DNA of 11,285 nt from Hadesarchaea archaeon (lineage in GTDB: Archaea; Hadarchaeota; Hadarchaeia; Hadarchaeales; Hadarchaeaceae), in the NCBI GenBank assembly GCA_030619825.1, contig JAUXAS010000027.1, forward strand, positions 1 to 11,285, given 5' to 3'. The notes under the pieces are model-generated. The model was not told the DNA's origin and made no database searches. It worked only from the letters and a program-made list of their open reading frames with translations. Made by a program: the position numbers and the translations under genes. Of the stretch, positions 1 through 8,458 are shown piece after piece. Within the stretch, counting starts at the first letter, position 1. Each line of letters starts with the position of its first letter.

Positions 1-433
1 CCACGTTCTCCTTAATCTGAAGCATCTCGCGCAGTGGTTCGAGCACGAACTCTTGGTCGCAGCGATACATCCTGATGGTCACCGGTTCAGGGGGCTCGAC
101 CCAATAAAGCTTGATGTCGGCGATGTCCTCACGCCCGGCCACGTTGCCACAAAATATGGCCATCCCGTTCGGAGGGGGGCGCCTGTGGGCGTCGGTGTAG
201 ATGCGCAGGAACTGGATGATCCGCTCGAGGGCGCTTATCACGTTCTTTCGGGTCGTCTTTGATTTTATGTTGGCCGCCGTCCCCTTTTCATCCCGAAGTT
301 GTTGGACGACTTTAGTGAGCTCGAAATCTGGAGTAATGTAGACCGAGATGAGCTCAGTCCCTCGGCCGCGCTTGCCAGCCAGATCTTCGAGCATCCGCTT
401 GAATTGATAACGCGCTTTGGTATCGATGGGCAT
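1..433 (-). CDS. prf1: Archaeal peptide chain release factor aRF1, N-terminal part (runs off the window start)
   Basis: Not in the ORF track. Manual translation from ATG at 433 gives MPIDTKARYQFKRMLEDLAGKRGRGTELISVYITP...GTAANIKSKTTRKNV...PPPNGMAIFCG...MYRCDQEFVLEPLREM, with the GTELISVY, NIKS and YxCxxxF motifs of the eRF1/aRF1 N-domain. Confidence 0.96.
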   Translation of the reverse strand, partial: MPIDTKARYQFKRMLEDLAGKRGRGTELISVYITPDFELTKVVQQLRDEKGTAANIKSKTTRKNVISALERIIQFLRIYTDAHRRPPPNGMAIFCGNVAGREDIADIKLYWVEPPEPVTIRMYRCDQEFVLEPLREMLQIKENV

Positions 434-464
434 TCACATCGCCGTCATAAATTTCGACCGCGAG

Positions 465-475
465 TGTTAATAACA
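465..475. promoter_or_regulatory. Putative shared TATA element between divergent aRF1 and pyrH
   Basis: Palindrome TGTTA-A-TAACA with core TTAATAA, centred about 37 nt from the aRF1 ATG and 33 nt from the pyrH ATG in a 69-bp gap. Confidence 0.5.
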
Positions 476-502
476 TGCTGCCGACTTTATTTTGGCGAAT
501 GG

Positions 503-1189
503 ATGCGGGTGACTCTATGCTTTGGCGGCTCGATCTTGGCGCCCGAGGATCTGGATGTGGATTGCATTCGGGCGATAGTTCAGATGCTGCGTGCGCTCAA
601 GTCGCAGAAGCATGAAATCCTCGTCGTCACGGGTGGGGGGAAGCCCTCGCGCAAGTACATCGAAGCGGCACGAAAATTGAAAGCCTCAAGCACCAACTGC
701 GACATCGTGGGCATAGATGTCACGCGCCTGAACGCCCGCCTGCTAATTACCGCCCTCGGCGATCTCGCGGAGCGGGAACCCCTCACCACATTTGAATCGG
801 CGATCAGGGTGATGCTCAAGGGCAAGGTGCCCGTGATGGGCGGCGTAGTGCCAGGGCAAACCACCGATGCGGTCGCCGCGATGTTGGCAAGCTCGAGCAA
901 GTCCGAACTTTTGGTTTTCTTCATGGATGTGGGTGGGGTCTACATGGCCGATCCTAAGCTCGACCCAAGAGCGAAGAAGCTCGAGTTGATGACCGTGCGG
1001 GAGCTCATGAGGTTGGTGGCGGCCAAAAAAATGAAACCGGGGGTTAGCATTGTCATCGACCCCGTGGGCGCGAAGCTCATCCAGCGGACAGGCATCCGAA
1101 CGCTTGTGCTGGGGAGGCGCGAGATCAAGCGCTTACCGGAGATTTTAAGGGGAGCGAAGCATAGTGGCACCACGATTGTGCCTGGATGA
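503..1189 (+). CDS. pyrH: UMP kinase, archaeal type
   Basis: MRVTLCFGGS, VVTGGG, DIVGIDVTRLNARLL, PGQTTDAVAA, DVGGVYMADPK and VIDP match the amino-acid-kinase-fold UMP kinase. Start moved from 299 to ATG 503 because the extension overlaps aRF1. Confidence 0.93.
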   Translation: MRVTLCFGGSILAPEDLDVDCIRAIVQMLRALKSQKHEILVVTGGGKPSRKYIEAARKLKASSTNCDIVGIDVTRLNARLLITALGDLAEREPLTTFESAIRVMLKGKVPVMGGVVPGQTTDAVAAMLASSSKSELLVFFMDVGGVYMADPKLDPRAKKLELMTVRELMRLVAAKKMKPGVSIVIDPVGAKLIQRTGIRTLVLGRREIKRLPEILRGAKHSGTTIVPG

Positions 1190-1193
1190 TAAG

Positions 1194-1373
1194 ATGCCCG
1201 AAGACCATCGGCACTGCGTTGTTTGCGGAAAGGCGATAGAGCAAGATAAATATTTTTGTTCACTCTCGTGCGAGGACATTTTCAAAAAACAACGGAAACG
1301 CATGGCGCGCAGTAGGTTAATCATGATGCTGATCTTCGTCGCGCTCTTCGTGTTGATCTTGTTCTCCGTCTAA
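1194..1373 (+). CDS. DUF2116-like small Zn-ribbon protein with C-terminal transmembrane helix
   Basis: MPEDHRHCVVCGKAI...FCSLSC (two CxxC/CxxxC pairs), then a basic linker and a hydrophobic tail. ATG lies 4 nt after the pyrH stop. This family commonly sits next to archaeal pyrH. Confidence 0.85.
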   Translation: MPEDHRHCVVCGKAIEQDKYFCSLSCEDIFKKQRKRMARSRLIMMLIFVALFVLILFSV

Positions 1374-4059
1374 CCAAACCGCTTCGTGGGCTGGTTATCA
1401 GCAGGGTTAGCGCAGGCTTTTGGATGTCGATGACCTCAACCTTACGCCCGGCGCTCGCGGTTTCCTTTATCACCCTCACATCTTCGGGTGCGAGTTCGAA
1501 TCGCTTTCCACCCGCGCGGAGCTTGAGTTTCCCTTTGGCCAGTTGCTTAGCAAGATCCTCCGGCTTCGCCTCGCGCAAGGCTTGTACTATTAGCCTCACG
1601 TCTGCGCGTAGGCGTGGGCCTAGCTTTGCCATTTCGGGTTCGACTGCAAGCACGCGTTCAGCCAGCTTCGGCTTTCCCACTTTGATGTTGAGCTTGCCCA
1701 CGCACATGGTACCGGCGATGTCGTCCCCCACCTCTTTGAGCTGCTTCGCCGTCTCCCTACTGGAAGTGTAAATCACGACCGATGGGAGCTCCCTGCTCAG
1801 CGCCATCTTGCGCTCGGACTTGAACTGCCGGAGGGTACCCACGATCAAGTTCGCGAGTTCGCCGGCTCGCTCGGCTGATTCATCGATAAGCTTCTTGTTT
1901 ACTTCGGGCCAGCTTGACATGTGAACGCTTGGGTACGGGTGATCCTTGTCAAAGTAGGTCTGATAAATCTCCTCGGAAAAGTGCGGCGTGAAGGGAGCGA
2001 GCAGTTTGGCGGCGGTCAGCATAACGTGGTAAAGCGCGTAACGTGCGGCGTCGGCAGTGAGATCGTCACCGTAGAGGCGATGTTTGACTTCCTCGATGTA
2101 CATGTCGCAGAGCTCATGCCACACGAAGGTCTGGATCGCGCCCATCGCGTGGTTGAATTGGAAGTCCTCGAGCCAGCCCGTGGTCTGCCCGATCAGGCGG
2201 TTGAGGCGGCTCAGGATCCAACGATCGATGGGCCTGAACTTGAGCTTCTTCGGGTCGAGCTTGGCAATTTTCGCGTTCAAGTGGGGTCCGGCGAAACGCG
2301 CGGCGTTCCAGAACTTGCGCATAAACCGGTAGCCGAAGTCTACGTCCTTCCAGTTGAAGGGGATGTCAGAACCTGTGGAGGCACCTATCACGGCCCACTG
2401 ACGGAGGGCATCTGTACCGTACTTGCCTCGCGCCATGGTCGTGTCGACGTAGTTGCCGAGCGACTTCGACATCTTTCGCCCGTCCTCGCCAAACACCATT
2501 CCGTTGATGAGCACCGTGCGATAGGGTGCCTCGCCCAGCAGCGCTAGGTGCCGGACGAGCAGGTAGTAATCCCATGTGCGGATGATGTCGGTCCCATTGG
2601 GCTGGAGGTCCGCCGGGAAGAGGCGTCGATCGAGCTCGGGCCAGCCGGCATGGACGGCAATCGTTATCGAGCTATCCATCCAAGTGTCGAGCACATCTTG
2701 CTCGGGTTCGAAGCTTTCGCTGTTGCACTTCGGGCATCGCTCGACCGGTGGTTTATCCTTCGCGGGGGTCACGGGCAGCTGTCTCTCCTCGGCTACGATT
2801 GGCTCCCTGCAGCTCGTGCAGTACCATGCCGGAATCGGAGTTGCGAAGATTCGCTGCCTCGAGATCACCCAGTCCCAGTCCATCGATTCAGCCCAGTCGA
2901 TCAACCTCTGCCGCATGTGCTCGGGAACCCAACGAACTTGCTTGGCGCCTTCGATTACCTTGTCTTTCAAATCTAGCACGCGCATGAACCACTGAGGCTT
3001 CGTCAGAATCTCGACCGGTGTCTTGCACCGCCAGCACGCTCCGACGCTTTGAGTCAGCTTCTCCTGCTTCACGAGCAGTCCTGCCTTGCGGAGGTCATCG
3101 ACGATCGCACGCTTGCACTCCTCGAGCGTCAGCCCAGCATATTTGCCAGCCGCCTCGCTCATGTTCCCTTTTTCATCGATGAGCTTGACCACGGGTAGCT
3201 TGTGGCGCTTCACCCAGCGCACATCGGTTTTATCGCCGAAGGTGCAGACCATCACTACTCCCGTGCCGAACTCGAGGTCGACCTCGTGGTCCTCGATGAG
3301 CTCGACGACTTGGCCGAATGGAGGCACCTCGACCTTTTTTCCAACTTGCTTCTCATAGCGCTCGTCCCCGGGGTAAACCGCCACGACCACGCACGCGGGG
3401 AGATACTCGGGTCGGGTGGTGGCGATGGTGAGGTACTCGTCCTCGCCGTGGCGCTTGAACTTGATGTGGCTGAGCGTCGCCTCCCGATCTGCATACTCCA
3501 CTTCGGCATCCGCTATTGCTGTCTCACATCGAGGGCACCAGTTGACAGGGTGCTCGCCCCGATAGATCAAACCACGCTTGTAGAGCTGCACGAAGGAGAG
3601 CTGGGTTCGCCTGTAGTAGTCCGGGTCCATCGTCCGGTACTCGGTAGACCAATCGATTGAAAAGCCAAGCGAGTTCATCTCCTCCCGCATGTGGGTAATG
3701 TTCTTCTCGGTCAGCTTGATGCAGAGCTCGCGGAATTTTTCAGGCGGGAGATCGCCTTTGCGGATTCCATAGCGCTTTTCGACTTGAACCTTAGTCGGCA
3801 ACCCGTGACAGTCCCAGCCCTGCGGGAAAAGCACGTTGAAGCCGCGCATTCGCTTGTAGCGCGCGACAATATCGAAGTAGGTCCAGTTTAGGGCGGTACC
3901 CATGTGGAATTCGCCCGATGGGTATGGGGGAGGGGTATCAATTACATAGGTAGGTTTCGTCTTGTCCTCGCGGTCGAAGCCATAGATGCCTAACTCCTCC
4001 CATCGCTTCTGCCACCTAGGTTCGACCTTAATCGGGTCGTAGTCCTTCGACACTTCCAC
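1321..4059 (-). CDS. valS: Valine--tRNA ligase, archaeal type
   Basis: DTPPPYPSGEFHMGT (HIGH-like), GWDCHGLP, IATTRPE, GTGVVMVCTFGD, DWVISRQR, DVLDTWMDSS and KMSKS motifs. GTG start with GGGGAG SD. Confidence 0.97.
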   Translation of the reverse strand: MEVSKDYDPIKVEPRWQKRWEELGIYGFDREDKTKPTYVIDTPPPYPSGEFHMGTALNWTYFDIVARYKRMRGFNVLFPQGWDCHGLPTKVQVEKRYGIRKGDLPPEKFRELCIKLTEKNITHMREEMNSLGFSIDWSTEYRTMDPDYYRRTQLSFVQLYKRGLIYRGEHPVNWCPRCETAIADAEVEYADREATLSHIKFKRHGEDEYLTIATTRPEYLPACVVVAVYPGDERYEKQVGKKVEVPPFGQVVELIEDHEVDLEFGTGVVMVCTFGDKTDVRWVKRHKLPVVKLIDEKGNMSEAAGKYAGLTLEECKRAIVDDLRKAGLLVKQEKLTQSVGACWRCKTPVEILTKPQWFMRVLDLKDKVIEGAKQVRWVPEHMRQRLIDWAESMDWDWVISRQRIFATPIPAWYCTSCREPIVAEERQLPVTPAKDKPPVERCPKCNSESFEPEQDVLDTWMDSSITIAVHAGWPELDRRLFPADLQPNGTDIIRTWDYYLLVRHLALLGEAPYRTVLINGMVFGEDGRKMSKSLGNYVDTTMARGKYGTDALRQWAVIGASTGSDIPFNWKDVDFGYRFMRKFWNAARFAGPHLNAKIAKLDPKKLKFRPIDRWILSRLNRLIGQTTGWLEDFQFNHAMGAIQTFVWHELCDMYIEEVKHRLYGDDLTADAARYALYHVMLTAAKLLAPFTPHFSEEIYQTYFDKDHPYPSVHMSSWPEVNKKLIDESAERAGELANLIVGTLRQFKSERKMALSRELPSVVIYTSSRETAKQLKEVGDDIAGTMCVGKLNIKVGKPKLAERVLAVEPEMAKLGPRLRADVRLIVQALREAKPEDLAKQLAKGKLKLRAGGKRFELAPEDVRVIKETASAGRKVEVIDIQKPALTLLITSPRSGLVRRRTRSTRRARRRSAS

Positions 4060-4114
4060 TTTGATACTCCCCTTTGGCTTTTCTCGATAGCCTCATCAAA
4101 ATCTAATTCGAACG

Positions 4115-4121
4115 ATATAAA
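4115..4121 (-). promoter_or_regulatory. Putative TATA box for valS
   Basis: TTTATAT on the minus strand about 56 nt upstream of the valS GTG. Confidence 0.45.
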
Positions 4122-4130
4122 GCAATTCGG

Positions 4131-4982
4131 CTATTCTGCCCTAACGGTGGGCTCCGGGGGTAATCGCACAAAAGTTTCCGAACTAGGCTGCTTAGTGGGG
4201 CGCTTGAATTTCATTTCTTTGTCAAGGTTAACACGTAGCCCGGCGTGGCCCAGCACCGTTTTTATGCCGGTTGCAGCCTCAATCCGAGTCGCCTCCTTCT
4301 CGGGTGGATGTTTTAAGAAAAGCATACCCATGTGGACCATCACCGCGAGTTCTGGCTTTACTTGCTTCAGGAGCGCGATTAAGTCGTCAGAGCAGAGGTG
4401 CCACGGGATTCGCATCGCCAGCGGGCGCGTGACATTTGCTATTAGGACTCGACTATCTTTGAAGTGCTTTGCGAGTTCATCAAAGTACTGCGTATCGTTG
4501 GTGTAGCCTACGATACCTTCTTGCGAGTGAATCTTCAGCCCAAACGCCGTGGGGTCGCCATGTTGGGTCGGTGTCGCCTCGAGCTTTAGGTCACCGAGTT
4601 CATAACTTTCGCCAGCTCGGAAGCAGACGACTTTCTCCGGCTTCCCCTGGTGAAAGCGCGAGATTGCTGGGCCAAGTCTCCCAGCACCTTTGAGCACACT
4701 CTCGCTTCCTATGAGCACGCCTCGCTTACGGGTCATGTGCTGAGTCATGGCCTCAATCAGCACTTCGACGTCGCTGTAATGATCGGGATGGCAGTGAGTG
4801 GTCACGACGCAGTCAAGGGCGAGCGGATCTAGGTCGTGCTGGTGGGAAAGCAAGAGAGCTCCGGGCCCAGGATCGACGTGTATTTTAGCCCCCGCGTGCA
4901 AGCGGAAGCCCCCGGTTTTGAAGTGCTGGTCGACGGTCTGGTAGCGTCCCCCACCGCACCCTAAAAATACGAGTTCGACCAT
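4131..4982 (-). CDS. Metallo-beta-lactamase-fold hydrolase (PhnP/COG1235-like archaeal family)
   Basis: MVELVFLGCGGGR, HVDPGPG, THCHPDH (HxHxDH), QHGDP, YTNDT, WHL and MVHMG. Start placed at ATG 4982 (alternative 5000); TTTATTTT lies about 30 nt upstream. Confidence 0.88.
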   Translation of the reverse strand: MVELVFLGCGGGRYQTVDQHFKTGGFRLHAGAKIHVDPGPGALLLSHQHDLDPLALDCVVTTHCHPDHYSDVEVLIEAMTQHMTRKRGVLIGSESVLKGAGRLGPAISRFHQGKPEKVVCFRAGESYELGDLKLEATPTQHGDPTAFGLKIHSQEGIVGYTNDTQYFDELAKHFKDSRVLIANVTRPLAMRIPWHLCSDDLIALLKQVKPELAVMVHMGMLFLKHPPEKEATRIEAATGIKTVLGHAGLRVNLDKEMKFKRPTKQPSSETFVRLPPEPTVRAE

Positions 4983-5049
4983 AGGATCGCCAATTTCCAT
5001 TTGCGGCAGGAAAAATAAACTTGTCCAAACAGACTGTAGGATCAACTTT

Positions 5050-6006
5050 TTAGCGTACTCCCGGTAGTGACTGATTGAGTTTTTTGAGCTCATTTTCTGC
5101 TTTGATGATCAGTCCCCTGAGCACCTCATTCGACTTTCGATCTTTAGCGACCTTCAGCGAACTTCGAGCAAATTTCAACACATCCTCGAGGTGCCGCTCA
5201 GGTTTGAAGTTCCGATCCCCCCAATCGAATATCGCGCAGATGTTGCCGGGGAGGAAACTCGTATCATAATCGCCATACACCTCATTCACGCGCTTCTTCG
5301 TTTCATCAGGCAGGATCGCCTCGCCCTCCCGTCTAAACAGCAAGTCGGTGCCGTTGTCGGCCAACCCGAAAAGTGCCTCTGCAGCGTAAAGGTGGATTCT
5401 AAAATTCGGCCACCACTCGCGGAAGCGCTCCTCCCACTCGAGCAGGCGCGTGCACCCCTTGAACGATCCCGCGATGCTGAAGACGAGCAACCTCCGCACG
5501 TCGTAGTCGCGTTCCCGGAGTTCGTTGCGGGTCACCGCCAATGTCCGGCTGATTGAGGCCCCCGTGGCTATGGTGTCGCCCGTGAACAGCACGCCGTCGT
5601 TCGGCAGCGAGTCGAAGTTTGTGTAGAAGATTTCTGCGCCGAACTCACCCCCCGAAATTCGAAAGCGCCGGGCACCCACGAAGCAGCGTGGCAGGTAGCG
5701 CTTGAAGAGCTGGTCGAATGCCGCGTCGAACTGGTACCCCAAACTCCCTCGCAACACGATGATCTCGCTGAGCTGCCGCGCGCTCAGCTTTCGCAGCGAA
5801 GGCATCATGGTCCAAGCCGTGCGCAGGAAGAGCTTGCTGCAATCGAGCGAGAGCCTTCGTAGGTTCCTGCCGCAGATTATCGGATCATAGATAATTTTCT
5901 GGGCAGATGGCATGCTAACGATGTGTGAATTTTTGGGTAGCTTGGGGTGGTCGACCTTGTAAACACTTGCGCCTATCGGCAGGCTAATCTTTCGCAGGGT
6001 TGCCAA
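5050..6006 (-). CDS. Divergent type I phosphoribosyltransferase, uracil PRTase-like
   Basis: 318-aa ORF with TTG start, GGGGGT SD and TATA. IIVLRGSLG, VLFTGDTIATGAS (PRPP loop-like) and FDWGDRNF appear in the same order as the UPRTase motifs PILRAG, DPMLATGGS and GDAGDRxF. Confidence 0.62.
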   Translation of the reverse strand: MATLRKISLPIGASVYKVDHPKLPKNSHIVSMPSAQKIIYDPIICGRNLRRLSLDCSKLFLRTAWTMMPSLRKLSARQLSEIIVLRGSLGYQFDAAFDQLFKRYLPRCFVGARRFRISGGEFGAEIFYTNFDSLPNDGVLFTGDTIATGASISRTLAVTRNELRERDYDVRRLLVFSIAGSFKGCTRLLEWEERFREWWPNFRIHLYAAEALFGLADNGTDLLFRREGEAILPDETKKRVNEVYGDYDTSFLPGNICAIFDWGDRNFKPERHLEDVLKFARSSLKVAKDRKSNEVLRGLIIKAENELKKLNQSLPGVR

Positions 6007-6035
6007 GTAGACCCCCTGAGCCTTAACCTTTGCCC

Positions 6036-6045
6036 TTTTATAAAA
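6036..6045 (-). promoter_or_regulatory. Putative TATA box for the PRTase-like gene
   Basis: TTTTATAAAA about 30 nt upstream of the TTG at 6006. Confidence 0.55.
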
Positions 6046-6050
6046 CTCGC

Positions 6051-6278
6051 TTAAGCGACGATAAGCGAGGTCTCCGTGTACCTAATCCCAGAGATACCTT
6101 GGATCTTGCTCACGACGGCATCACCAAGCGCCGTCATGTCTGCGGCCTCGATCCGCGCCACAATATCGAATCTTCCTGCGGTCGCAGCGGCAAATTTGAC
6201 TCCTGGGAGCTTTTTGACCTCATCCAAGAGTACCAGCGCTTTTCCCGGGTCAGTACGGATGTACACGATTGCTTGCAT
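6051..6278 (-). CDS. Stand-alone Lrp/AsnC ligand-binding (RAM) domain protein, 75 aa, no HTH
   Basis: MQAIVYIRTDPGK...LPGVKFAAATAGRFDIVARIEA...IQGISGIRYTETSLIVA fits the RAM pattern (GxxD, TxT). GGAGG SD precedes ATG 6278. The longer track start lies inside tRNA-Ala. Confidence 0.88.
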   Translation of the reverse strand: MQAIVYIRTDPGKALVLLDEVKKLPGVKFAAATAGRFDIVARIEAADMTALGDAVVSKIQGISGIRYTETSLIVA

Positions 6279-6296
6279 TTTCAGCCTCCTTTTTGA

Positions 6297-6371
6297 TGGT
6301 GGACCGGGCGGGACTCGAACCCGCGCCCTCTCGCTTGCGAAGCGAGCGCGATACCACTTCGCCACCGGCCC
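6297..6371 (-). tRNA. tRNA-Ala(CGC), CCA encoded
   Basis: GGGCCGG TG GCGA-AGTGGTA-TCGC G CTCGC-TT CGC AA-GCGAG AGGGC GCGGG-TTCGAGT-CCCGC CCGGTCC A CCA. Has the G3:U70 alanine identity pair and A73. Confidence 0.95.
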
Positions 6372-6394
6372 CCAACTTATTTTTCGGCGCCGAG

Positions 6395-6401
6395 TTTAAA
6401 A
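6395..6401 (-). promoter_or_regulatory. Putative TATA box for tRNA-Ala
   Basis: TTTTAAA on the minus strand 24-30 nt upstream of the tRNA 5' end, directly after the permease stop codon. Confidence 0.55.
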
Positions 6402-7457
6402 CTACGCTTCCCACTTGAACAAAAGCAACCCTAGCGCGAAGAAAACCAAAACGAAGCCAGCCACGGCGGCAAGCGAGGGGGCGATTTCAAGCAATCCCTT
6501 GCCGCGAACGATCACGTCTTGGTAAGCGTTCATCGCATGGTAGGTGGGGAACACCTTGGCGATGCTCTGCATGAACCCTGGCATGATATCGATCGGGAAC
6601 CAAAGGCCCGCCAGGGCGCTCGCCGGGAAGACGAATGCCTGTGTTGCCCCCGAGGCCGCTTCTTGCGATCGTGTGAAGGCCGATATAAGGAGCCCAAGCC
6701 CAACTCCCAGCAGGATCACCAAGGCGCTGATGAGGGCGACGAGCAGGATGCTGCCCACTATCTCCAGGCCGAACACAAAAACCCCGACCCCGAAGAAAAC
6801 CAAAACCTGCATGGAGCCTACGAGAAAACCGCAAAGGATCTCGCCCCCAGAGAAACTCAGTTTGCCGATGGGGGCCAAGAGGTTGCGCTTGAACGTCCCT
6901 GCCTTCCGCTCGTTGATTATCCTCGAGGACACAGCTATCCCGCCTATCATCAAGACCATCATTATCCCCATCCCGGGAACGTACTGCTGGGCGGGGTTCC
7001 ACCTTTTGTAAGCTCCATGCACGCTTTCGACCTCGAGCGGCGTTTGGAGCCCGAAGAACCCCCGGGTGACGCCATCGACGATTTGGACGACTGTATTCGC
7101 GAATTCGCCTCTGGACTCGTCATACACCAGACGGGCGCTCTCCTCGCCGGAGCTGAAGCCGGGGGGAATTATTACAGCCGCCACGACCTCGCCGTCCAGC
7201 ACTTGAGCCTCTGCATCCGCGACGTCCTCAACCCTCTCAAGGGTCAAGATGCTGTCCAACGCGTCAAGGTAGGCGCTGGCCGTCGGGCTGTTGTCCTGCT
7301 GGACCGCGAGCACCTTGATATCAATCGAGTCCTGACCGCTGAACGCCAAGCTGAAGATTGTGATGAGGAGGAGCGGGAAGGCAAACGTCCAAAACAGGGC
7401 CATTCGGTCCCTGAAGAAGATGCGCAGGCTTTTGCCGGCGATGGTCAGGACCTTCAT
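6402..7457 (-). CDS. ABC-2 type exporter permease
   Basis: N-terminal FFRDRMALFWTFAFP TM helix, extracytoplasmic domain, ERKAGTFKRNLLAP motif, several TM helices and GLWFPIDIMPGFMQSIAKVFP. Confidence 0.92.
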   Translation of the reverse strand: MKVLTIAGKSLRIFFRDRMALFWTFAFPLLLITIFSLAFSGQDSIDIKVLAVQQDNSPTASAYLDALDSILTLERVEDVADAEAQVLDGEVVAAVIIPPGFSSGEESARLVYDESRGEFANTVVQIVDGVTRGFFGLQTPLEVESVHGAYKRWNPAQQYVPGMGIMMVLMIGGIAVSSRIINERKAGTFKRNLLAPIGKLSFSGGEILCGFLVGSMQVLVFFGVGVFVFGLEIVGSILLVALISALVILLGVGLGLLISAFTRSQEAASGATQAFVFPASALAGLWFPIDIMPGFMQSIAKVFPTYHAMNAYQDVIVRGKGLLEIAPSLAAVAGFVLVFFALGLLLFKWEA

Positions 7458-7458
7458 C

Positions 7459-8394
7459 TCAATCCCTCAGCGTCTTTCCGGTCAGCTTGATGAAGACATC
7501 CTCGAGCGTTGGTTGTGCGACGTTTAGAGAATCGATTTGCACACCGGCGAACGAAGCTAGGGTCACAACTCGGGCCATGACCTCGTTGGCAGCTGGGGTG
7601 AGAACCCTTAGACCCTCTGTCGTGCGAGCCGCCTTTCGCACGCCCTTAAGCTTTCTAAGCTCGTTGAGCACCTTTTTGGTCACCTTTCTAGCCTTCACCT
7701 CGATCACCTCGAGCTTCCCTATCGAGCGCTTAAGCCTAGCGGGCGAGTCAAGCGCGATTACCTTGCCCCGATCCATGATAGCCACGCGTTCGCAGAGGTA
7801 ATCAGCCTCTTCCATGTAGTGCGTTGTCAGGAGGATCGTTACTCCCTCGGACTGAAATCGTTTGATGAGTTCCCAGACAGCTAGTCTCGCTTGGGGGTCG
7901 AGTCCTGTCGTGGGCTCGTCGAGGAAAAGTAGCTTTGGTTCGTGGATCAGCCCCACCACCAAGTTCAGGCGATGCTTCATTCCACCGGAAAAAGTCTTAA
8001 CGAGGTCGTTCGCTCGGTCTTGGAGCTGCACAAGCCTTAACAGCTCCTCGATCCTAACTTTAAGCTTCCCACCTTCGACGCCGTGGAGCTTGCCGAAGTA
8101 TGCGAGGTTTTCCGCGGCCGTGAGTTCGTCGTAGAGGCCGAACTCCTGGGGCACGACGCCTATGAGGCGCCTGATCTCTTTTGCGTGTCGTTTAATATCG
8201 TAGCCCGCTATTGTAACCGTGCCTCGTGTCGGGCGCAAAATCGTCGACAACATCGCGACCGTCGTCGACTTACCCGCGCCATTTGGGCCGAGTAAGCCGA
8301 AGAACTCGCCCTCTTCAATCTCCAAGTCTAGACTGTCTACCGCCTTTCGCCCGTTGAAGACCTTCGTCAAGTCGTGGGCCTCCACTATGGCCAT
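7459..8394 (-). CDS. ABC exporter ATP-binding subunit (DrrA/NodI-like)
   Basis: Walker A GPNGAGKST, signature FSGGM, Walker B LLFLDEPT, H-loop TTHYMEEA, C-terminal PTLEDVF. GTGAGG SD. 1-nt gap to the permease. Confidence 0.95.
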   Translation of the reverse strand: MAIVEAHDLTKVFNGRKAVDSLDLEIEEGEFFGLLGPNGAGKSTTVAMLSTILRPTRGTVTIAGYDIKRHAKEIRRLIGVVPQEFGLYDELTAAENLAYFGKLHGVEGGKLKVRIEELLRLVQLQDRANDLVKTFSGGMKHRLNLVVGLIHEPKLLFLDEPTTGLDPQARLAVWELIKRFQSEGVTILLTTHYMEEADYLCERVAIMDRGKVIALDSPARLKRSIGKLEVIEVKARKVTKKVLNELRKLKGVRKAARTTEGLRVLTPAANEVMARVVTLASFAGVQIDSLNVAQPTLEDVFIKLTGKTLRD

Positions 8395-8427
8395 AATCGC
8401 GCCTCACTTGTTTAGGTAAACCGTGCA

Positions 8428-8436
8428 ATATTTAAG
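8428..8436. promoter_or_regulatory. Putative bidirectional TATA element (ABC operon and CxxC gene)
   Basis: ATATTTAAG on + and TTAAATAT on -. Would place starts near 8405 (-) and 8457-8460 (+), where the structured leader begins. Confidence 0.45.
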
Positions 8437-8458
8437 TTATCCAACCCACCTGCAATAA

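Noticed and set aside
299..502. N-terminal extension of pyrH and ORF 53-262 (+)
   Set aside because: Both are antisense to aRF1; UMP kinase similarity begins at ATG 503.
4983..5093. N-terminal extension of the MBL hydrolase
   Set aside because: It overlaps the PRTase-like gene end and a TATA-like element; the fold begins at MVELVFLG.
6279..6365. Longer Lrp-domain ORF starting at 6365
   Set aside because: The extension is the tRNA-Ala sequence; the SD supports ATG 6278.
1424..8419. Many antisense or alternative-frame ORFs over valS, MBL, PRTase and ABC genes (e.g. 6519-7490 +)
   Set aside because: Shadow ORFs of GC-rich coding sequence with no motifs; the same applies to 10484-10987 and 10551-11129 opposite larE/thi4.
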